Origin: Candidatus Aenigmatarchaeota archaeon
GTDB lineage: Archaea > Aenigmatarchaeota > Aenigmatarchaeia > CG10238-14 > SpSt-28
Reading direction: 5' to 3'
NCBI GenBank assembly: GCA_038997165.1
Contig: JAWBAK010000002.1
Span: 21,542-85,541 of the forward strand
DNA length: 64,000 nucleotides
Shown piece after piece: positions 57,329 through 64,000 of this stretch (positions are counted from its first letter, which is position 1; each line of letters starts with the position of its first letter). Position numbers and translations under genes: made by a program. The notes under the pieces are model-generated. The model saw only the letters and a program-made list of their open reading frames with translations, searched no databases and had not been told where the DNA came from.

Positions 57329-59149
57329 TTAAATTCTTTCAACTTTTTCGATTCCTAATATATCAAAAACGTTTTCTAAAATATTTTTTGTTATTAATAG
57401 AAGAACTTTTCTTAATTCTTTTTTGTTATTATCTTTTTCATCTATTATTCTGCATTTCTCATAAAAAATATTAAATTTTTTTGATAACTCGTAAATGTAG
57501 TTTGCAAGTTGATTTATTTCTAATGTTTTAGCTACAGAATTTATAACACTATCGAACTTTAATATTTCTTTTGCCAAATTTTTTTCTTCTTCATTCAATT
57601 CGCAATCAAAATCATTGATTTTTAATTCGCCAATTTTCTCTAAATTTTTTACTATAGAATTTATTCTTGCATAGGTATACATTAAATATAAAGCAGTATT
57701 TCCATCTAATCTTAATGCTTCGTCAAAATCAAAAATTAAATCTTTATTTCTATCTAATTTTATCATTTCATATCTTAAACAACTCTTTACTATTTTTTTA
57801 ACTAATTCATCATCTTTTATATTTCTTTTTTCTAAAGTTTCTTTAACTTTTTCTTCAAATTTTTTTATTAAATCATCAACATTAATTACTAAACCTTTTC
57901 TTCCACTCATTTTTAAAAAATCTTTTTCAACTTCTATTCCTAAGCTTTTGGCTACTTTTTTCGAAATAAAAACTAGTCCATATGAATAATAAATGTACTT
58001 TTTATTTGTTAATTCTTTTATTAAATTTTCTATTACGTATTGATTTTCAGATTGTTCTCTTCCAATTACATTTATTGACATATCAAAATTTTCAAAATCT
58101 TTAATTTCTCTGCCAAATTTATCTGTTTGATATAGTTCTTTTCCGTTTGGTTGTTTTAATAAAAAAGAAAATAAAAAACTTTTTGATAATAAACTATGCT
58201 TCCAAAAAGCATATGCAATATCTTTAGCTAAATAAGTTAATGTTCCATCACTTTTGATTAAAACTAAATTAGTATTTTTTGATTTTATTACGTATGTTCC
58301 CACTTTTCTTTTAGTAATAGAAGAAGAATATTCATCTAATTTTTCAACTTCTTCTCCATTTTCAACAAACTCTATTTTATTTAATTTTTTCAATTTTTCA
58401 AAAGTTTCTTCCCATAAGCCAAAACTTAGTATATCACTTTCTTTGTTTATAAAATCAAAATAAATATCGAAATACCATAAAGTTTGTAGCTGAGCTTCTA
58501 TTACTTTTTTAACAATTTGTTTATTTAATTCTGAAGTAAATGAATTTTCTATTTCTAATTCCTTAACAATAATATTTTTTAATTTTTTCAGATTTTCATC
58601 TTCTTCTAAAAGTTTATTTACTTGTGTATATAATTTACTACAATACAAATCAAATTTTTCGTTTGTGTTAATATCTTTATGAAGATATTTGAATGCTATT
58701 AATAGTTCAGCCATTTGAGCACCTGTATCATCTATATAATTTGCTACAAAAACTTTATTTCCTAATTTTTTCAAAAATCTATACAAACAATCACCTATGC
58801 AAGAATTTCTTAAATGTCCTATATGTAATGCTTTATTTGGATTTGCACTAGTATGTTCTATTAATATTTTATTTGCAATTATTTTTTCTTTAATTATTTT
58901 ATCATTTAGAAATTTTATTAGCAAATTTGGCCAGTTTAAATAAATATTAAAAAAATCGTTAACTTTATCAAAGGATTTTATAAAATTAGAATTTTTTATA
59001 AGTTTTAAAATTTCGTTTTCAAAAATTTGTTTTTCTACTTTATATTTTTTTGAAAGTTTATTTATATTAAAACATATATCTCCATATTTTTCTTTTATTT
59101 CAACATCTTCATAGCTTATTTTTAAATCTTCTAATATATATCTTAGCAT
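57329..59149 (-). CDS. argS: Arginyl-tRNA synthetase
   Basis: EHTSANPNKALHIGHLRN, MSGRKG, Y.MYTYAR, DALR domain. ATG 59149 preferred because it avoids the overlap. Confidence 0.96.
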   Translation of the reverse strand: MLRYILEDLKISYEDVEIKEKYGDICFNINKLSKKYKVEKQIFENEILKLIKNSNFIKSFDKVNDFFNIYLNWPNLLIKFLNDKIIKEKIIANKILIEHTSANPNKALHIGHLRNSCIGDCLYRFLKKLGNKVFVANYIDDTGAQMAELLIAFKYLHKDINTNEKFDLYCSKLYTQVNKLLEEDENLKKLKNIIVKELEIENSFTSELNKQIVKKVIEAQLQTLWYFDIYFDFINKESDILSFGLWEETFEKLKKLNKIEFVENGEEVEKLDEYSSSITKRKVGTYVIKSKNTNLVLIKSDGTLTYLAKDIAYAFWKHSLLSKSFLFSFLLKQPNGKELYQTDKFGREIKDFENFDMSINVIGREQSENQYVIENLIKELTNKKYIYYSYGLVFISKKVAKSLGIEVEKDFLKMSGRKGLVINVDDLIKKFEEKVKETLEKRNIKDDELVKKIVKSCLRYEMIKLDRNKDLIFDFDEALRLDGNTALYLMYTYARINSIVKNLEKIGELKINDFDCELNEEEKNLAKEILKFDSVINSVAKTLEINQLANYIYELSKKFNIFYEKCRIIDEKDNNKKELRKVLLLITKNILENVFDILGIEKVERI

Positions 59150-59159
59150 AAATTTAATA

Positions 59160-59966
59160 ATGGATATTTTTGATATATTGAAATTAATAGTTGCAAAAAC
59201 GTTTTTTACTAAAGCAAGCATTGATGATATTAGAACTACAGAAATAAAAGATATAGAAGTTTACTTTTTTATTTCTTTGCTAATAATTCTAAATTTAATT
59301 CAAATTCTTTATTATAAAAATTTTAACATTTTTTATAATCTTTTAATTAATTTAGCAATATTTGGTTTTTTTGGTTTCTTTCTATATTTTAGTGGTCAAT
59401 GGGGTTTGGGAGACTCTTTTTTATTATTATCTTTAGGATTGTTAAATATCTTTAAAAATATATTTGAAATTTTTAATTGGTTATTAATAACTTTTTCAGT
59501 TGGAATATTTTTTATATTTTTCTATTCAGTTCTTTTTATATTTTTATCAAAAAAATATGAAAAATTAAACTTTTTCTCAAAAATTTCTCTTTTCATTTCT
59601 TTGTTTTTTTCATTTCTTTCTTTATATTTTATGTTTAGTAAAATGTTATTTAATTTTTTGATATCCTTTTTAATTTTTCTTTATATTTCAATTCCTTTTT
59701 TAAAAAATGTAAGAAATTTAATGATTAAAAGAATTCCAATAAATAAATTAAAAGAGGGAGATGTTCTATTAGATTTTAAAGTTTGGAGAGGAATAACTAA
59801 AAAAGAAATTGAAGAGTTAAAAAGAAAAAAAATAAAATATGTTTATATTAAGGAAGGTGTAAGATATGCTCCAACGTTTTTATTTACTCTAATTTTAATA
59901 ATTTTAGAAAAAATTTTTGGAATTATTATTTTTGAGTTCTTTCCAAAAGATTTCTTTCTAATTTAA
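59160..59966 (+). CDS. A24-family prepilin/prearchaellin peptidase
   Basis: ASIDD.RT.EI (first Asp), WGLGD (GxGD), C-terminal LKEGDVL...EGVRYAP.F. Confidence 0.8.
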   Translation: MDIFDILKLIVAKTFFTKASIDDIRTTEIKDIEVYFFISLLIILNLIQILYYKNFNIFYNLLINLAIFGFFGFFLYFSGQWGLGDSFLLLSLGLLNIFKNIFEIFNWLLITFSVGIFFIFFYSVLFIFLSKKYEKLNFFSKISLFISLFFSFLSLYFMFSKMLFNFLISFLIFLYISIPFLKNVRNLMIKRIPINKLKEGDVLLDFKVWRGITKKEIEELKRKKIKYVYIKEGVRYAPTFLFTLILIILEKIFGIIIFEFFPKDFFLI

Positions 59967-60165
59967 TAGTTTCGTTAATTAATTTTAGAATTGAAGTACA
60001 ACTCGCTAATATGTGAGAAAAATTATCGTCTTCTATTTCAAATATTATTTTACCATTAATTAAATTTATTTTTTCTTTTTCCTTTTTTATATCTGGAGCT
60101 AGAGATTTAAATATTTTTTTAGCTAATTCTTCATTCTTTAAATCTATTTCCATTTTTAAATTCAT
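59926..60165 (-). CDS. pcc1: KEOPS complex subunit Pcc1
   Basis: AKKIFKSLAPD...I.FEIE.D....A...SIL..I; ATG at 60165. Confidence 0.7.
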   Translation of the reverse strand: MNLKMEIDLKNEELAKKIFKSLAPDIKKEKEKINLINGKIIFEIEDDNFSHILASCTSILKLINETIKLERNLLERTQK

Positions 60166-60192
60166 AATAATTTTCAATAGATTTAAAAAATT

Positions 60193-61056
60193 ATGCCAGC
60201 AAATTTACCTGTCGAATGGTATGTAACAGAAAGAAAATATTTAGAAGCTAAAACTTTGGAAGAAAAAATTTTTTGGTTAGAAAAATTAATTTCTATAACA
60301 CCTAAGCATAAAGGAACTGAAAATTTATTAGCAGATTTAAGAAAAAGATTATCAAAATTAAAATCTTTATTAGAAAAGAAAAGTAAGAAAGTAGGAGGAT
60401 ATACTTATTTTAAAAAAGTCGGGAGTGTTTTAATAAGTTTTTTGGGCATTGCAAACTCTGGAAAAAGTTATTGGATAAATAAGTTATGTAATACTAATTT
60501 AGAAAGTAGTGAAAAAGAATATGAAACAAAAGAACCAAAAAGTGGAATATATATTTTTGAAGGAATAGAATTTCAGTTAGTAGAAATTCCATCATTTTTT
60601 CTTCCAAAACATATGTGGATTGCAAAAATTTCGGATGCAAATGTATTTTTGATAAATAATTTATTAGATATAGAATTTCAAATTAAAACATATGAAAATA
60701 TTATAAAGGATTTTAAACTTCAAAACGTTTATTTTGTTTTAAATAATGTAAAGAATTCAGAAGACTCAAATTTTTTTAAGTATTCTATGTTAAATTATGA
60801 AAAATTATTTATAGATATTTGGAATTCTTTAAATAAAATTAGAATATTTACAAAACCACCAGGAAAAGAGATAAGTCAAAAAGCATTAATTTTAGATAAG
60901 AATTCTACAGTTTTAGACGCTATAAACGAGATTGATGAAAGATTGAAAGAAAATTTTAAATTCTGTATCATTATTAGAAATGGAAAAGAAATAAGAGCTG
61001 GATTAAATTTCGTATTAGAAGATAAAGACATAATTGAGATAAGAACAAAGATTTAA
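60193..61056 (+). CDS. DRG/OBG-like GTPase with TGS domain (degenerate G3/G4)
   Basis: MPANLP, TPKHKGTE.L, GIANSGKS, IRIFTKPPG, TGS. Confidence 0.85.
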   Translation: MPANLPVEWYVTERKYLEAKTLEEKIFWLEKLISITPKHKGTENLLADLRKRLSKLKSLLEKKSKKVGGYTYFKKVGSVLISFLGIANSGKSYWINKLCNTNLESSEKEYETKEPKSGIYIFEGIEFQLVEIPSFFLPKHMWIAKISDANVFLINNLLDIEFQIKTYENIIKDFKLQNVYFVLNNVKNSEDSNFFKYSMLNYEKLFIDIWNSLNKIRIFTKPPGKEISQKALILDKNSTVLDAINEIDERLKENFKFCIIIRNGKEIRAGLNFVLEDKDIIEIRTKI

Positions 61057-61094
61057 TTTTATTATTTATTTATTATTTTTTAATATCGTTTTTT

Positions 61095-61568
61095 ATGATT
61101 CCACTTAGAAAATTATTAAAAAATAAATTATTTTTAATTATTTTCTTTATTTCTATTTCTTTTTTAACTTTATACTTTATTTTTATTTTAAATCAACCAA
61201 AATATAAAATTATTTATTATAACGTTGATACAAATATTACTGAAAGTTTATTTGAAATAAAACCAATAAAAATAGAAACTTTTTATATAAATAATTCTTA
61301 TACAATTAATTTTTATAAATATTATTTTTCAAATAAAGAAGATACTGAAAAATATTTTAATAAAATTATAGAATGGTCAAAAAATTTTAATATTACTAAA
61401 ATTGAAAATATAAAAATTATGAATTATAATGCAACAATTATTTATTCAAATAATTTTGAAAATATAGGAGTTATAGTAAAAAATGAAAATAAGTTATTGT
61501 TTATTAATATAAAAAATTTTGAAAAAGATATAGAAGTAATAAAATGGTTTCTAAAGAATTATTTTTAG
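61095..61568 (+). CDS. Membrane-anchored hypothetical protein
   Basis: N-terminal TM helix, N-glycosylation sequons. Confidence 0.55.
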   Translation: MIPLRKLLKNKLFLIIFFISISFLTLYFIFILNQPKYKIIYYNVDTNITESLFEIKPIKIETFYINNSYTINFYKYYFSNKEDTEKYFNKIIEWSKNFNITKIENIKIMNYNATIIYSNNFENIGVIVKNENKLLFINIKNFEKDIEVIKWFLKNYF

Positions 61569-62686
61569 TTTTAATTATTTTTTTCTTATTTTTATTTTTT
61601 AATTTAATAATAGAAAAAAGTAGTGCTTGTCTTTTAGTACAAGGAACATTTTTTAATGACTCAAGTTGTAGACAACCCATTGGAAATCTAAAAGATTTTA
61701 CTGGAGGAGTATCTACAGGTTGCGTAATGGCATATTTTGCTGGGCAATTTTATGAAATAATAGGAATGTATGAAAACATAACATGTAGCAGCAGACCTGA
61801 AGCAAAATGGTACGATTCTCCTTCCTATAATGGACAAATATGTAAAAGAAGAGATGGTTGGGATTGTTTAGCTAATGTAAAAGAAGGAGTTTATGATGCT
61901 TCTCAAGATATATGTGTAATATGTGATGGAAAAATTCAAATAGAAATGTTTGGATGTGGATTTGATAATCAAGGAGATTATCGATGTGAATCTGCTTGTG
62001 GTGCTGATAAGAATTGTGATGAAGTAGCTCCTGCAACAATTTCTTATAAAGATTCTTCGATATTTTGTAATTCTACCTGTGAAGCAATTTATTGTAATGA
62101 AGAAAATCAATGTGTAGTAAAAATAGATATTAGAAGAAATTTAAGAGTTTTTTGTGTTTATTCTTATACTGAAAATAAATGGTTGTGGATAGAAGAAAAT
62201 TTAATTAATTTGGAAGATGGTAATCCAGTAGAAGAATGTTTTGATGGAATTGATAACGATTGCAATGGAAAAAGAGATTGTGAAGAACCAGGATGTGCAG
62301 GTGCGAGAAATCCAAGTAATCCATGGGATATTTGTTGTCAAACTGATGATGATTGTCCAGTTTGTTCTGTAAAAGATGGTTGTCCATATATCGATGGAGT
62401 AAAAGGAAAATGCGAAAGTAATAAATGTGTTTGGGGAAAATGTTATTACAATGAGGATTGTGCAGAAGGTTATTGTTGTACAGATGATCCTAGTGGACCA
62501 AAAACATGGGAAGGTAAATGTGTTCCAAAAGGAACAATAATTAATAAAGATGGTAAATCTTTTATTTGTGATCCTCCAGATGAAATAGTTCAAAATAATA
62601 AATCAAATAATATTATTTTTAACTTATTTAATTATATTTCTAATTTATTAAATCAATTCTTTTTCCATAAACAAAAACGATCATAA
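61544..62686 (+). CDS. Secreted Cys-rich protein
   Basis: Signal peptide, dense Cys, ECFDGIDNDCNG..DC motif. Confidence 0.7.
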   Translation: MVSKELFLVLIIFFLFLFFNLIIEKSSACLLVQGTFFNDSSCRQPIGNLKDFTGGVSTGCVMAYFAGQFYEIIGMYENITCSSRPEAKWYDSPSYNGQICKRRDGWDCLANVKEGVYDASQDICVICDGKIQIEMFGCGFDNQGDYRCESACGADKNCDEVAPATISYKDSSIFCNSTCEAIYCNEENQCVVKIDIRRNLRVFCVYSYTENKWLWIEENLINLEDGNPVEECFDGIDNDCNGKRDCEEPGCAGARNPSNPWDICCQTDDDCPVCSVKDGCPYIDGVKGKCESNKCVWGKCYYNEDCAEGYCCTDDPSGPKTWEGKCVPKGTIINKDGKSFICDPPDEIVQNNKSNNIIFNLFNYISNLLNQFFFHKQKRS

Positions 62687-63999
62687 TAATCTCTTCTTCT
62701 TATTATATCATAACTATAAATTTCTTTTATTCCATCTTTTTCAGCTCCATCAACAGCAGAAAATAAGCTAAAAAAATATCCTGGTCCAAATACTATTTTA
62801 TCTTTAAATTGATTTATTAATTCTTCTGCTATATTAGTTGGTAACGGAACTGCCCATTCTTTCCAACTTGTTCCAAAAATATATGGATCATAATATATGT
62901 AAGCTAGAGGTATTCCTAAACTTTTAAATGTTAAAGGATATCCATATTTATATGTATCTCCCTCATCTAAAAAAAATCCTGGAATATTTAATGTATACTT
63001 ACTACCTCTTGTTGCACCTTTTATAAATCTAATTAAATCCCAATTCCATTTTTCTTTCCAAATTTCTATTAAATGTTTATCAAATTCTGTATATTGTAAT
63101 GCTGTATTAAATAAACCATTATTAGCTCTATCACAAATCCATTGCCAATAACCATATCTAGCAATTTCATATTCTCTTGTTAAATTTCCCTCGATTACTT
63201 TTAAAATTTTCTCAAGTGATGGTAAATAACTTGTTATTTTTTCTTCAATTAATATTTTATATACTTTACTTTCATCAACTTTTGCTTGCTTATATAACTT
63301 TATTATTGCATCTCTTAATATTGATAATTGTTCTACAAATTTAATCATTCCTTCAATTCCACATATTGGCTGCCTTTTATCTATATCCCAAGTTGCGGGT
63401 GGAATATATGCCAATACATATAATACTATTCCTCTATCTTTATCATTTGGAAATTGTTTTTTAAATTCTGTAGAATTAAAATAATAATATAAAGGTTCAA
63501 TTCCATTTTCTCTTAAAACTTTTGGTAATTCATCCATATAATCATAAAATTTTAAAATTACTTCCCAAACTTTTTCATCTGTTGGTTTAAAAATTTTATA
63601 TAAACCAACATTTCCTTGTTTACCAACTAAATTATATTGTGTAGGACCATAATGAATATCATCAAAAAATTCCCAATCAAGTTGTGTAAACATTGCCTCT
63701 ATCCATTCAAATTTTTCTCGTTCTCTAATAACATGAGGTTTTCTTTTTAAAAATTCAACTTTCATCCAAGTTTTTCTTGGAATATTATTTGAAGAAATAA
63801 TAAAAGTTCTATTAGTTGCGTCTATTATAATTATTGGTTTAGAATTTCCAATCTCTGGATCAATTAATGTTGCATTTCCTAATAACCATATTGATTGTTT
63901 ATCGTGCATGGGCAATTCCAATACATAAATAGCTGCAGAATAATTTCCAACTACATTAATTAAATCTTTACTTATATGAACTTCTATGGTAGTATTTGA
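62653..63999 (-). CDS. Hypothetical protein, 5'-truncated by the window edge
   Basis: The frame stays open from 63999 through the ORF-track start at 63921. Confidence 0.65.
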   Translation of the reverse strand, partial: SNTTIEVHISKDLINVVGNYSAAIYVLELPMHDKQSIWLLGNATLIDPEIGNSKPIIIIDATNRTFIISSNNIPRKTWMKVEFLKRKPHVIREREKFEWIEAMFTQLDWEFFDDIHYGPTQYNLVGKQGNVGLYKIFKPTDEKVWEVILKFYDYMDELPKVLRENGIEPLYYYFNSTEFKKQFPNDKDRGIVLYVLAYIPPATWDIDKRQPICGIEGMIKFVEQLSILRDAIIKLYKQAKVDESKVYKILIEEKITSYLPSLEKILKVIEGNLTREYEIARYGYWQWICDRANNGLFNTALQYTEFDKHLIEIWKEKWNWDLIRFIKGATRGSKYTLNIPGFFLDEGDTYKYGYPLTFKSLGIPLAYIYYDPYIFGTSWKEWAVPLPTNIAEELINQFKDKIVFGPGYFFSLFSAVDGAEKDGIKEIYSYDIIRRRDYYDRFCLWKKN

Positions 64000-64000
64000 A

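Noticed and set aside
804..62593. Numerous short antisense or alternate-frame ORFs (e.g. 804-1049, 6857-7108, 21749-22078, 30448-30717, 41583-41939, 50877-51230, 62201-62593)
   Set aside because: They are shadows of well-supported genes, mostly with the F/S/I-rich composition expected from reverse-complemented K/E codons.

Overview
This is a very AT-rich, gene-dense archaeal chromosome segment. Fused PriS-PriL primase, FtsZ with two SepF, an FtF-type histone, scattered ribosomal protein genes and truncated or split enzymes point to a DPANN archaeon, probably a thermophilic Aenigmatarchaeota-like symbiont (inference). Most of the window is housekeeping: translation, aminoacyl-tRNA synthetases, 4 intron-less tRNAs, thermosome, class II RNR, Cdc6, PINA. 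Two accessory regions stand out. (1) At 6.46-8.49 kb, two winged-HTH genes are followed by a 1.4-kb non-coding tract. It holds a palindromic AAGCGCTT repeat family (one copy inside the HTH gene), a convergent TCTCACATTT family around an AT-rich core and a 17-bp-arm hairpin, all bracketed by a 16-bp direct repeat. This is a candidate non-canonical origin or centromere module. (2) At 9.7-18.7 kb, a type IV pilus-like locus contains seven tandem 41-63 aa leaderless micro-pilins (five missed by the ORF track), a TadC/ArlJ-like platform, a 901-aa pilin-anchored protein with Gly/Cys-rich hydrophobic hairpins, and more pilin-like proteins, flanked by HExxH metalloprotease-like genes. Several small genes absent from the ORF track were read by hand: Sec61beta, eL39, a histone, a Zn-ribbon protein and an AlaRS-like fragment. 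All assignments come from motif recognition by eye; no searches were run.
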